DNA of 64,000 nucleotides from Oscillospiraceae bacterium (GTDB lineage: Bacteria > Bacillota > Clostridia > Oscillospirales > JAVBNY01), in contig JAVBNY010000001.1 in assembly GCA_031551205.1 (NCBI GenBank), forward strand, positions 7,586 through 71,585, written 5' to 3'. The notes under the pieces are model-generated. The model made no database searches and was not told the DNA's origin. It saw only the letters and a program-made list of their open reading frames with translations. The position numbers were made by a program, and so were the translations under genes. The number at the start of each line of letters is the position of its first letter. The first letter of the stretch is position 1. Of this stretch, positions 39,001 through 47,577 are shown one piece after another.

Positions 39001-39420
39001 ATACTGAAGCGCGTAGCAGCCGTTCACATCATTGTAGCCGTACTGGAGCTCCAGTACTATGTAGCGGCCGGAAGCGGCCCCGACGCCGCTGGGATCTATC
39101 TCCATCTTGTCGCTCACATAGGCCTTTGTTATGTTTCTCGTCGTGGGTGTGGCGTTCACCTGTCCGGTAAAACTCATGCCATAGCAGGTAACGGTATAGT
39201 CGGATGCCGCGACACTCGCGGCCGCAACGGTTTCGCCCATGTCGATAATAACCGCGGGGACTACCGTGCCATATTCCTCGACGCGCGTGATGACCTTAAA
39301 ATTGCGTTCAGCGGGCGCCGCCATGGTGCCCATGGATGAAAGCGTGCCCAAAACAATTGCCAGACAGAGCATCAGGGAAAGGCTTCTTTTGATCATACTG
39401 CTTTTTTTGTTGAGTTTCAT
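36061..39420 (-). CDS. Secreted double esterase: N-terminal alpha/beta-hydrolase esterase, type-B carboxylesterase, shared C-terminal module
   Basis: Signal peptide. First catalytic unit: YPLVIWIHGFGEGG..YVTGCSMGG. Second unit: GVPFAKPPVGDLRWKAPQ..WIHGGGF..ICGQSAGG (COesterase family). The C-terminus ends GVKYADLFPSYSFSFTVTVK. Confidence 0.85.
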   Translation of the reverse strand: MKLNKKSSMIKRSLSLMLCLAIVLGTLSSMGTMAAPAERNFKVITRVEEYGTVVPAVIIDMGETVAAASVAASDYTVTCYGMSFTGQVNATPTTRNITKAYVSDKMEIDPSGVGAASGRYIVLELQYGYNDVNGCYALQYVFSTQFNVQKPLERYAVVKSGSSDTITNAGTVNLLVDEFAKKTTADDLNYRLYTPNMESGKKYPLVIWIHGFGEGGTDNAAQLMGNKGGVAWIEGDRQEKNPCFVAAPQCKTSTSWARTDASKIHGMIDEILASNPEVDTNRIYVTGCSMGGFMTWNTILYNPSRFAAAMPICAATQLANPAYTDEEFASLKSLPMWLFQSADDTTVRPAANSDLVYQKLIDNGKAVDDGFKYTKFPSVQYNGHWSWVPVLNDSYNSEKIGVVDWLFAQKKADAVKVTGGYISGVPADQAGVTLYKGVPFAKPPVGDLRWKAPQDLDENTWSGVRVCDTWGNQQFQNPDLNPPGGFWGDEFYYEGSPKPEASEDGLYLNVYTPSTGAANEKYPVLVWIHGGGFDHGFASEVEFNAAKLAAKGIIVVQIQYRVGALGFLALPGLSAENDRGVSGNYGLLDQIKSLEWVQKNIAAFGGDPANVTICGQSAGGMSVNALLSTPLTKGLFNRAILQSGFSGYVAANSYPTLEAKTAACVTAVQAAFGTTDVNELRKLPAADILAKGALGSGNMTKDGYVFTDESVNRRRDGALDGIDIMIGGTSDEMTSLMGNQNGTTNVTTFQNSMKSKFAPYGYTEDIYDAQTEKDAYRMNLRASCDSSLAQYRLSAMYSNAHNQDHTAYAYYFEQKLPPHTPQYARDRDEDFYGAFHSSELWYMFNSMRDVPQQRQWTEKDYQLGDTMTSYWANFVKTGNPNGEGLPVWQQCDSTTDAAFMSFRYGEAVPGGSEFPKRDVINLAYAKAVTLKLSDEEIVMPGTAPSVTSLASKIVAGYAANLPVQVTFPAEAYAARLGLFAPDGTLVDSLSISASGRYVFTLKAGESVAGNYLIKASTSVMALSQAAVECVPAPADLWSPVATSGEGSTVVVFASDVSFNAVKKAVKIGDTAIDVAKVSASGKTVTIAAAAASGQKIVIGGVKYADLFPSYSFSFTVTVK
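36064..36590 (-). other. Shared C-terminal module, copy B
   Basis: IVAGYAANLPVQV...GRYVFTL...AGNYLIKA...LWSPVA...IVIGGVKYADLFPSYSFSFTVTV. Confidence 0.8.
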
Positions 39421-39890
39421 TTCTTTCCTCCTTCGTTTTTCCGCCGTCAGGGGAGTCTTCCCAAACGGCGGACAGTGCCCGGTACGCGCCGAATATTTTT
39501 TAGCCCATTCATCAGTCGTCAGTCCGAAAAACGTCGGCCTGCCCCCGCCTACATTTTCATAGAACGGTTCTGCTGCAAATATCCGGCTTGTCTTAATCCT
39601 AAAGACATAATTATTTTACAGTAAAACGGCCGCGAAAAATATTGCTAAATCTTTTGATTTGCACAGATATTTTTGTTGTTTTAAGGTGCTTATATATTTC
39701 AGGGTTTTATCTCAGCGCTTTATATGTTCGAAATATTCCGGTTTTGTATAAATACTTTACATGTTGAGTCTTAATTAAAAAAAAGCCCCAATTTAAAAGC
39801 CAGTTGGTGGTTTATACCAAAAACTCCATTGCAATATTTATCTTTTTATGATATTATTTTTGCAATACCTGATTCGGGGAGTTGATACGA

Positions 39891-41459
39891 ATGATTGAAA
39901 CCTTGATTGTTGATGATGAAATATATGTCCGGCTCGGGCTCGCTTCTATGATAAACTGGGAACAGCTGGGTTTTTCAATTGTCGGGCAGGCCGGGAACGG
40001 GGAGGCCGGACTTGAGCTTGCCCTCTCTCTGAAGCCACAGCTGATAATCACCGACATCAGGATGCCGGTGATGGACGGACTCACGTTTGTACGCAAGCTG
40101 AGAGAGCGGGGAGATACCGCCAAGATAATTGTTTTGAGCCTTTATGAGGATTTTCACAAGATGCGGGACGCTTCGCGCCTCGGAATTTTCGATTACCTGC
40201 TGAAATCCGAGCTTGTGGATACGGACAAGCTGACCGGTATACTCCTGAGCGTAAAGAAGGAGATTGAATCAATTCACGGCGCGGGGAAAAACAGCAGGAA
40301 CGCCCTGCAAACGAGCCTCATCCATGAGCTGTCTCACACTTTTGACCCTTATTCAGAGACGGCGTCGTTCCTTCTGTCCGAGCTCTCGCTTTCAGACTGC
40401 AAAAGCTACATACTTGTGCTCTATTCGCTTGACGACTATAATCTGCGTCTTATGCGCGGCGACAGAGGCCAAAACGAAAAAAACGTGATTTCCAGAACCG
40501 TGCAATATATAGCCGGAGACGTCGCCGGAGGCGACCCGTACTGCGTTATCGGCCCGGCCGGTGAAAACATCTTTGCATGCGTCGTTTTTGGAGACGGCAG
40601 CGAGGCGCTTGCCGCCAGGGCGGACGCATTTATCTCCGGCGTCAAAAAAGAGGTTTTTAAGCTCATTGAGTATGACGTCTTCGCCGCCAGCTCCGGGGTT
40701 TTGCCCATTCCATCCCTTCATGAATGCTTTCCAAGGGTTCTACCTCTGCTGAACTCAAGGATGTTCTTCAGTGACAGCTACAAGGTCACGCTGGCGGACG
40801 TGCGCGCAAAGACGGATTACCGCCTTAATCACGGGCTTACATCGGCTATGCTGTCCAAGTGCTTTGATCTCGGCGATGAAAAAGGCGCCTGCACTCTGCT
40901 TGACGACATCCTTTTGCGAGGCGTTCAGGAGAGCTTTGACGCCGTAACGGCCGACAATGTCAGCCTTGAGCTGTATGGGATCATACGCGAGACGATCAAG
41001 ATGAACTGCCTTCTCGACAATGAGGACGAGATAAGCAGTATCGACATACTTCGCTTTGACACGCTTCGGAAAAGGCGCGACTTTCTCGCGGAAAAGCTGA
41101 TGTCCGCTCTGCGAAAGCGAGAGGGCGGGGGCGACATGTGCAAGAGGATCATCGGATACTTCAACGAGAACTACCAGCACAGCATCTCGCTGCAGGAGAT
41201 CGCAAATTTCGTCAATATGTCACCGTCGTACGTCAGCCATCTTTACAAAAAATCCTCGGGCGAGAGCCTTATCGACACACTGACAAGAATACGCCTGCAA
41301 AACGCGAAAAAGCTGCTTACCGATAAAAACCAAAATCTAAAGATATACGAGATTTCGGACCGCGTGGGACTCGAAAACCCCAGGTATTTTAGCCAGCTTT
41401 TCAAAAAGGTCATTGGCTGCACCCCGGTGGAATACCGCGCAAAACATGTCGATGATTAG
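39891..41459 (+). CDS. Response regulator with a CheY receiver and a C-terminal AraC-type HTH (YesN-like)
   Basis: MIETLIVDDE..LIITDIRMPVMDGL (receiver domain). C-terminal NYQHSISLQEIANFVNMSPSYVSHLYKK..TPVEYR (AraC HTH). Confidence 0.9.
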   Translation: MIETLIVDDEIYVRLGLASMINWEQLGFSIVGQAGNGEAGLELALSLKPQLIITDIRMPVMDGLTFVRKLRERGDTAKIIVLSLYEDFHKMRDASRLGIFDYLLKSELVDTDKLTGILLSVKKEIESIHGAGKNSRNALQTSLIHELSHTFDPYSETASFLLSELSLSDCKSYILVLYSLDDYNLRLMRGDRGQNEKNVISRTVQYIAGDVAGGDPYCVIGPAGENIFACVVFGDGSEALAARADAFISGVKKEVFKLIEYDVFAASSGVLPIPSLHECFPRVLPLLNSRMFFSDSYKVTLADVRAKTDYRLNHGLTSAMLSKCFDLGDEKGACTLLDDILLRGVQESFDAVTADNVSLELYGIIRETIKMNCLLDNEDEISSIDILRFDTLRKRRDFLAEKLMSALRKREGGGDMCKRIIGYFNENYQHSISLQEIANFVNMSPSYVSHLYKKSSGESLIDTLTRIRLQNAKKLLTDKNQNLKIYEISDRVGLENPRYFSQLFKKVIGCTPVEYRAKHVDD

Positions 41460-41486
41460 ATGCGCTGGATTTAAGGAGGGGCTGAC

Positions 41487-43016
41487 ATGAAAACAAAGCG
41501 CGAGGGTTCTATCGTTCGCATGATTACAATTGCGATCGCGCTTACGCTCGGCGCGGCGCTGACAATCACGGTTTTCGGCATGACCTCGCTTGGCGAGATC
41601 AACAAAAAGGCCGACAGCATGAAAAACGAATATTCAATGTTTGACATGGATCTTATGGACATCCGCCTGCGGTATTCCGAGATAACCTGCATGGAACGTG
41701 ACATAGCTTATCAAACCCGCGCCGACAAGGATAAGATCATCCTTTATTTTGATCAAAACGTCCGGCGGATCGACGCTTCCTTCTCCCGGCTTGAGCAGCG
41801 CGAGCTGCCTGAAGAATTAAAGTTCAAGTTGAATACGCTGAAAAAAAACTGCTCGGAGTATATCCGGATCTCCAGGATGGGGACCGACTACTTCTTTTAT
41901 GGCAAGGAAACCGAAGAATTTTCCAAGATCCTCGCTTTGGCGGGTTACTTTCCGATCCAGTGGCTTCTCGCGACTGTGATCCCGCCCGCCGAGGAGCTCG
42001 ACTCCCTGGCGGAGCAGTATTTTACCGGCGAGATAGAAGAACTTGAGCTGCAGGGGCGTTCAACGACTTATTTTATTATGATCTCTACGCTGACGTCGTT
42101 TTTTATACTGTCTGTTTTTGCGATCGTGTTTATCAGAAGATCACTGAGGCCTATCAAGCGGCTCATAAAGACGATGTCCATTGTCGAAACCGGCGATTTC
42201 AACATCCGTTCACAGATCGACGACAACAACGAGATCGGGCGCCTCTCCCACTGCTTTAACCAGCTGGCGGAAAAGATACAGGCTATGCGTGAGATCGAAA
42301 AACAGGACGAGGCCAAAAAGCGCGAGCTTGAGCTGGCCGCGCTGAAATATCAGATTAATCCACATTTTCTTTACCATACAATCAACTCGATTCACTGGAT
42401 AGCGAGGCTGAACCAGATCGAAAGCATTGAAAAGATGACGGTTTCGCTCGTGCGCCTGCTCCATTCTCAGTCCCGGGGGGACGAGTTTATCACGCTTTCA
42501 GAAGAGGCTCTCCTGCTTAAATGTTATTTTTCTATTCAGGGCTATCGCTTTCCGGATAAGTTTGTCGTGGAATACGATATCCCCGATGAACTGTCGGATA
42601 TTAAGATCCTGCGAATGCTGCTCCAGCCGCTCTGTGAAAATTCGCTGTTTCATGGGATACAGCCTATGTCCGGCGTGGGCCATATCATGATCTCGGCCCG
42701 CGAGGCCGATGGATATGTGGAGGTCAGTATCAGTGACAACGGCGTCGGACTGAGCGAAGAGGCGCTTTGCGGGCTGAATGACTCCTCTGCGCTCTCCGAA
42801 ACGCAGTACGACGGCTTAGACAACGGCACCGGGCCGAGTTCAGGCCTTGCCGTGAGAAATATCCGCGAACGGCTCTTCCTGCACTATAGCGGCTCCGCGC
42901 GGATGAACTTTTCCCGCATTGAAGGCGGCGGCACAAACGTAACGGTCAGCTATCCTGCGAGCCGCGCGCAAAAGCCTGACGGCCACCCGGGGCACGGAGG
43001 AGAAAAAACCGCGTGA
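41487..43016 (+). CDS. Sensor histidine kinase (YesM/LytS-type His_kinase plus HATPase) with a ~170-aa extracytoplasmic helical sensor domain and HAMP
   Basis: Two TM segments, HAMP (RPIKRLIKTMSIVETGDFN), the QINPHFLYHTINSI H-box typical of the PF06580 class, and the N/G boxes LQPLCENSLFHG and DNGVGL. Confidence 0.9.
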   Translation: MKTKREGSIVRMITIAIALTLGAALTITVFGMTSLGEINKKADSMKNEYSMFDMDLMDIRLRYSEITCMERDIAYQTRADKDKIILYFDQNVRRIDASFSRLEQRELPEELKFKLNTLKKNCSEYIRISRMGTDYFFYGKETEEFSKILALAGYFPIQWLLATVIPPAEELDSLAEQYFTGEIEELELQGRSTTYFIMISTLTSFFILSVFAIVFIRRSLRPIKRLIKTMSIVETGDFNIRSQIDDNNEIGRLSHCFNQLAEKIQAMREIEKQDEAKKRELELAALKYQINPHFLYHTINSIHWIARLNQIESIEKMTVSLVRLLHSQSRGDEFITLSEEALLLKCYFSIQGYRFPDKFVVEYDIPDELSDIKILRMLLQPLCENSLFHGIQPMSGVGHIMISAREADGYVEVSISDNGVGLSEEALCGLNDSSALSETQYDGLDNGTGPSSGLAVRNIRERLFLHYSGSARMNFSRIEGGGTNVTVSYPASRAQKPDGHPGHGGEKTA

Positions 43017-43165
43017 CAATCCCTCTTCCGGGAAAAAAATCAGCCCTCAGGTGGAAAAACCACCCAGGGCCGCATGATACGGCACTTTTAGGTGCCGGTC
43101 CACCGGCTGGCTCCGGAGGACGGTTGGAAGATCAATAAACAGCAGCTTAAAGGAAAATCGAGATA

Positions 43166-43194
43166 TTGACAACAGAGTTCCTCTGTTATAGTAT
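43166..43194 (+). promoter_or_regulatory. Sigma-A-like promoter of yebC with a 7-bp inverted repeat in the spacer
   Basis: TTGACA (43166-43171), 17-nt spacer, TAGTAT (43189-43194). The spacer holds AACAGAG-ttc-CTCTGTT. Confidence 0.45.
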
Positions 43195-43354
43195 CATTAT
43201 ACTGCCTTCCGGCCACCGGCGGTAGTACATAATCCATGCAAAACTGCGGTCAGATTATGCTGTGCTGTGCCTTTCTCTGTGCCTCACGCAGCCAGATGTG
43301 AGGCTCCTGGCATTCGCCAGGCGGGAGCCCATACCTTTTTTTCAGGAGGAAGAT

Positions 43355-44080
43355 ATGTCAGGTCATTCAAAATGGAAGAATATTTTGCATAAAAAGGGAA
43401 GGACGGACGCGCAGCGCGCAAAGGTCTTCACAAAGCTTTCCCGCGAGATCATCGTGGCTGTCCGCGAAGGAGGAGGAGATCCCGCCGCCAACTCACATCT
43501 CAAGGACGTTATCGCTAAGGCACGCGCCGCCAACGTCCCCAACGACAATATCCAGAGGGTTATTCAGCGCGCCTCGGGCTCGGGCGACTCGTCAAATTAC
43601 GAGAGCATCACCTATGAGGGATACGGCCCGCGTGGCATCGCTGTCATTGTTGAAACCCTTACAGATAACCGCAACCGTACCGCCTCCGAGATGCGGCATT
43701 ATTTTGACAAGTTTGGTGGGAATCTCGGAGCCACAGGTTGTGTATCGTGGTCATTCGATAAAAAAGGCGTTATCGCGATTGAGCGCGGAGATCTTAATGA
43801 GGACGAGGCCATGCTCGCGGCTCTTGACTGCGGCGCCTCCGATTTTGAAGCTCTGGACGACGTGTTCGAAATAACCACCGAGCCGGACGACTTCGGCGCC
43901 GTGGCCGACGCGCTCTCCGCTGTTGGCTACTCTTTCCTCAGCGCGCAGGTTGAGATGGCTCCGCAAAACTATGTTTCCCTGACAGACGAGGAAGACATGA
44001 AAAACATGCAGAAGCTGCTCGACATGCTTGAGGACAACGACGACGTTCAGAACGTGTGGCACAACTGGGAAGACAATTAA
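43355..44080 (+). CDS. yebC: YebC/PmpR-family DNA-binding regulator / translation factor
   Basis: MSGHSKWKNILHKKGRTDAQRAKVFTKLSREI is a near-invariant family N-terminus. AGGAGGA RBS. Confidence 0.9.
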   Translation: MSGHSKWKNILHKKGRTDAQRAKVFTKLSREIIVAVREGGGDPAANSHLKDVIAKARAANVPNDNIQRVIQRASGSGDSSNYESITYEGYGPRGIAVIVETLTDNRNRTASEMRHYFDKFGGNLGATGCVSWSFDKKGVIAIERGDLNEDEAMLAALDCGASDFEALDDVFEITTEPDDFGAVADALSAVGYSFLSAQVEMAPQNYVSLTDEEDMKNMQKLLDMLEDNDDVQNVWHNWEDN

Positions 44081-44213
44081 ATCCTAGTAGCGGCCGCACT
44101 CCGGACGCTGAGTTTTATCATTTGGGGAAGAAATCGCAGCTTAAATAAAGCAATAATCCGAGCCCGTCTCCGACAGGAACTAACCGTCGGGATTGGTTCG
44201 GATTATTTTGGTT

Positions 44214-44299
44214 TGGTGCCGGTGGTCGGACTCGAACCGACACGTCCTCTCGGACACAGGATTTTGAATCCAGCGCGTCTGCCATTCCACCACACCGGC
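44214..44299 (-). tRNA. tRNA-Leu (anticodon CAA), CCA encoded
   Basis: Folded by hand. Acceptor GCCGGUG/CACCGGC, anticodon loop UUCAAAA, long variable arm GUCC-GAGA-GGAC, T arm GUCGG-UUCGAGU-CCGAC, discriminator A plus CCA. Confidence 0.9.
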
Positions 44300-44548
44300 G
44301 CTTTGTGCACTGCGGAACAAAGCTTATTTTAAAGCAAACGGCGTGCGTTGTCAAGCGGGCGGATAAGCGAGCCTGCAATATGTTGATCAAAAAAGAAAAT
44401 ATAACTTTTTTTGTAATATTATTGACTGTATCTCTCGTTTCCAGCTAATCCATTAATTTTCTGCATATAAAATAAGACGTCGGCAAGAATATAAATGCGG
44501 AACCCCACAAAGAGAAAGCAAAAATTAAAGCAAGGAGTGTAACAAAAA

Positions 44549-44737
44549 ATGGCTAATAAAGCACTTGTACCTGAGGCAAAGGATGCTATGAACAGATTTA
44601 AGATGGAGGCGGCTTCCGATGTGGGCGTCAATCTTAAGCAGGGTTATAACGGTGATCTGACCTCTCGTCAGGCAGGCAGCGTCGGCGGACAGATGGTTAA
44701 AAAGATGATCCAGTCCTACGAAAACACCCTTAAGTAA
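44549..44737 (+). CDS. Alpha/beta-type small acid-soluble spore protein
   Basis: LVPEAKDAMNRFKMEAASDVGV and LTSRQAGSVGGQMVKKMI are the two conserved SASP blocks. Confidence 0.9.
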   Translation: MANKALVPEAKDAMNRFKMEAASDVGVNLKQGYNGDLTSRQAGSVGGQMVKKMIQSYENTLK

Positions 44738-44778
44738 CTAAATCGAAGCAGCAAAACAGATAAAAACACTTAAAATAG

Positions 44779-44812
44779 ACAGTCCTCCTCAATCGAGGGG
44801 GACTGTTTTTTT
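44779..44812 (+). terminator. Rho-independent terminator of the SASP gene
   Basis: 12-bp stem acagtcctcctc/gagggggactgt followed by a T7 run. Confidence 0.7.
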
Positions 44813-45025
44813 AGGCGCTGTTTATGTGAGCAGGCCCTAAAAGCCGATTCAAACGAGCCTCATAAACCGCCGCGCCTTTTGGCAAGACAAACGCAAGCTG
44901 CACGCCCTTTTTGAAGTCTGTTTACTTGTGATTATACCTGATTTCGCTTAAAAACATCAAGGAAATTTTGTGAAATGCCGGGGCCCTTTAGAGGGCCCCG
45001 GCATTTAATTGCGCTGCGGGGGATA

Positions 45026-47521
45026 TTAAACGGTTATTGTAAACGTAAACGAGTAGCTCGGGAAGTAGAGCGGGAATTTGACCGCCCTGACCGTGATTTT
45101 GTCTCCGCTCGCAAGCTCGCTGAAGAGGAACGGAACCTTCAGGCTGTTTCCGACAGTCTCAACAATGCTTTGCGTAAGGCCCTTCACGGTCACACAGCCG
45201 TTGAACGACCCTCCTGCGGCTGCGTTTGCTTCCGGCTTCAGCGCAAAGTTTATCAGCGTCGCGCCGTCTGTCGAGGCGGAAAGCGTCGGGCTCCAGATGC
45301 CGGCCGGAAGGTCGGTAACGTCGAGGCTAATCTCGCGCGAGATCTCTCCGGCGGTGGCTTTTATTGTATACTTGCCCGCGGCAGGCAGTTTTTTGCAGGC
45401 GATCAGCACTGTTCCGTCGCTGCCAACAGCCCCTCTGCCGTATTCAGTTTCGCCGTCTGAAACCGAGACGGTAATCCCGCTTGGTATGAAGTTGACCGCC
45501 CTGACCGAGACCTTGATGTTGGCCGCGTGCCCCGCGACAATATTTGAGGGAGTCAGGTTTTTGACCTCCAGCCTCTGCATGGCAAGGTCGTAGTCCGTAA
45601 GGCCGTAGCCGTCTCTCGCGTACAGGAGGTTTACCCTGTCGCGCTCGGGGAACTGAGTGGCTGTTCCAAAGGCGGCCTCGCCGTCAATAAAGCTCATAAA
45701 CGCGCCGCTTGTGGACGAATTGCAGGTATTCCACTGCGTCATCCCTGCGCCGTTCGGGTTGCCGTACTTGACGAAGTTTGCCCAGTATGCCGAGATCGTG
45801 TCGGCCAGGGCGTGATCCTCGGCGCGCCACAGTCTCTGCTTCGGGTCTGAGTCGCGCATCGAGTTGAACACATACCAGAGCTCGGAGGAATGATATGCTC
45901 CGTAGAACGCCTCGTCGCGCGTGGGAACAACTTCCTTTGAGTGCGGCGGGTTATTGTGGTCGAAGTAGTAGGCGTAAACATTTGCGTCGCTGTGCGCCAT
46001 TGTGTACATGGCCGACACACGGTACTGCGCAAACATGACGTCCGCCTGGCAGCGCAGGTTCGCCCTGTATGCCTCGGAGTTCGTAGTGACGGCGTAGGCG
46101 CTTTCGTCGTAGCCGTATTTGCCGTACCTGTTTTTCATGTTGTTCATAAATGTCGTCATGTTAGTCGTTCCGCTCGGATTGCCGCTGAGCGAGGTGTTCT
46201 CGTTCGACGTGCCGCCGATCAGCAGGTCGATGCCGTCAAGGGCGCCGTCCCTGCGCAGATTAACGGACTCGTCGGTGAATACAAAGCCGTCCTTCGTCAT
46301 GTTGCTGGCGGCGTTTGTGACGGCCGACTTTGAGAGCAGGGTTGCGGCGTCGATCTTGCGAAGCTCGTCAGGGTCGGTCGTACCAAACGCGGTTCTGACG
46401 GCGTTTTCGCAGCTTGTCTGTTTTGCCGCCAGCGTGCCGTAAGGCGTGTAGGAATTGCTGCCGAGGAATCCCGCCAGGTTGCTTTGAAGGATCGCGCGGC
46501 TGAACAGGCCCTTTGAAAGAGGCGTGGAGAGCAGAGCCTGCACGGCCCACGAGCCTGCCGACTGCCCGGAAATCGTGACCATGGACGGGTCGCCCCCGAA
46601 GGCCTCGATGTTATTATTTACCCACTCAAGGCTCTTTACAAGGTCGAGGATCGCGTAGTTGCCTGAAACGCCGTTTTCGTTCTCGGCGTTGAGGCCCGGA
46701 AGCGTGAGAAAACCGAACGAGCCGAGACGGTACTGCGTCTCGACGACGATGATGCCGTTTGCCGCGAGCTTCGAGGCGTTGAACTCAACCTCGGAGGCCC
46801 AGCCGCTGTTAAAGCCGCCGCCGTGGATATTCAGCAGCACGGGCAGCTTTTCACTGCCGGTCTTCGCGGGCGTGTAGATATTCATGTACAGGCAGTCTTC
46901 GCTGGCCTCAGGGCGCTCGTCATAGTAGAACTCGTCGCCCCAGAAGGAGGTGCCAGGCGGGTTGCCGTTAATGCTCTGATACGCGCGGTTTGGGTTGGTG
47001 TCGCAGGCGCGGACGCCCTCCCACGCGTTTTCATCGAGATCCTGCGGCGCCTTCCAGCGCAGGGCGCCCACGGGCGGCTTCGCAAACGGGACGCCCTTGA
47101 ACAGCTCGACGCCCTGTGTATCGGACGGGATGCCGCTGATCAGGCCGCCTCTAATGCGAATGTCTCCCAGTCCTACCGAGGGGACCTCTTGTGTGGATGA
47201 AACGCCGTTTACCTTGACGATTATCTTGTCGCCGGGGGCCCATACGGCCGCGGCGGACGGATATGTAAACGTAAAGTTACCGTCCGTATCGGCCTGGGTT
47301 TGCCCCAGGTAGTCTGGGTTTACAAATCCGGTGTCGGCATTGAGGTATTCGATTATTGAAAGCATTTGGCCGGAGGCGAAGCCTGAGCCTGCGACCGTAA
47401 CCTTCCTGGCTTGAAGATCAAGCTGTATGCTGAAGGCCGGGTCGGCGGCGAGAGCTGAAAAGCTGAGAAGCTGGATAAGCATCGCAATTATCAGCAGGCA
47501 TGAAAAAGCTTTTTTTGTCAT
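45026..47521 (-). CDS. Secreted type-B carboxylesterase with an N-terminal Ig-like region and the shared C-terminal module
   Basis: Signal peptide. GVPFAKPPVGALRWKAPQ..NIHGGGF..ISGQSAGS. Ends AVKFPLYFPSYSFTFTITV. A GC hairpin at 44978-45003 lies downstream. Confidence 0.85.
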   Translation of the reverse strand: MTKKAFSCLLIIAMLIQLLSFSALAADPAFSIQLDLQARKVTVAGSGFASGQMLSIIEYLNADTGFVNPDYLGQTQADTDGNFTFTYPSAAAVWAPGDKIIVKVNGVSSTQEVPSVGLGDIRIRGGLISGIPSDTQGVELFKGVPFAKPPVGALRWKAPQDLDENAWEGVRACDTNPNRAYQSINGNPPGTSFWGDEFYYDERPEASEDCLYMNIYTPAKTGSEKLPVLLNIHGGGFNSGWASEVEFNASKLAANGIIVVETQYRLGSFGFLTLPGLNAENENGVSGNYAILDLVKSLEWVNNNIEAFGGDPSMVTISGQSAGSWAVQALLSTPLSKGLFSRAILQSNLAGFLGSNSYTPYGTLAAKQTSCENAVRTAFGTTDPDELRKIDAATLLSKSAVTNAASNMTKDGFVFTDESVNLRRDGALDGIDLLIGGTSNENTSLSGNPSGTTNMTTFMNNMKNRYGKYGYDESAYAVTTNSEAYRANLRCQADVMFAQYRVSAMYTMAHSDANVYAYYFDHNNPPHSKEVVPTRDEAFYGAYHSSELWYVFNSMRDSDPKQRLWRAEDHALADTISAYWANFVKYGNPNGAGMTQWNTCNSSTSGAFMSFIDGEAAFGTATQFPERDRVNLLYARDGYGLTDYDLAMQRLEVKNLTPSNIVAGHAANIKVSVRAVNFIPSGITVSVSDGETEYGRGAVGSDGTVLIACKKLPAAGKYTIKATAGEISREISLDVTDLPAGIWSPTLSASTDGATLINFALKPEANAAAGGSFNGCVTVKGLTQSIVETVGNSLKVPFLFSELASGDKITVRAVKFPLYFPSYSFTFTITV
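45029..45560 (-). other. Shared C-terminal module, copy C
   Basis: IVAGHAANIKVSV...AGKYTIKA...IWSPTL...ITVRAVKFPLYFPSYSFTFTITV. Confidence 0.75.
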
Positions 47522-47577
47522 ATTCGCTCATTTCCTTTCTTTTTATGGGTTTTGCCAACGATGAGCAGTATTAAGGC

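Noticed and set aside
38626-39339. 237-aa plus-strand ORF, representative of other long antisense ORFs in the track (28583-29296, 13481-14095, 16640-17224, 7000-7560, 6582-7079, 4746-5360, 62358-62981)
   Set aside because: Each is fully contained in, and antisense or out of frame to, a gene with clear homology-type motifs. They show amino-acid bias consistent with GC-rich third-position mirroring.
43236-43301. 21-codon Cys-rich ORF (MQNCGQIMLCCAFLCASRSQM) in the yebC leader, considered as a possible attenuation leader peptide
   Set aside because: There is no Shine-Dalgarno sequence upstream of its ATG, and peptide-mediated attenuation is uncommon in Firmicutes. I kept it only as a remote possibility under the leader finding.
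44400-44548. Sigma-G (forespore) promoter upstream of the SASP gene
   Set aside because: One is expected biologically, but I could not find a convincing GnATA-17/18-CATxxTA match by eye, so no coordinates are claimed.
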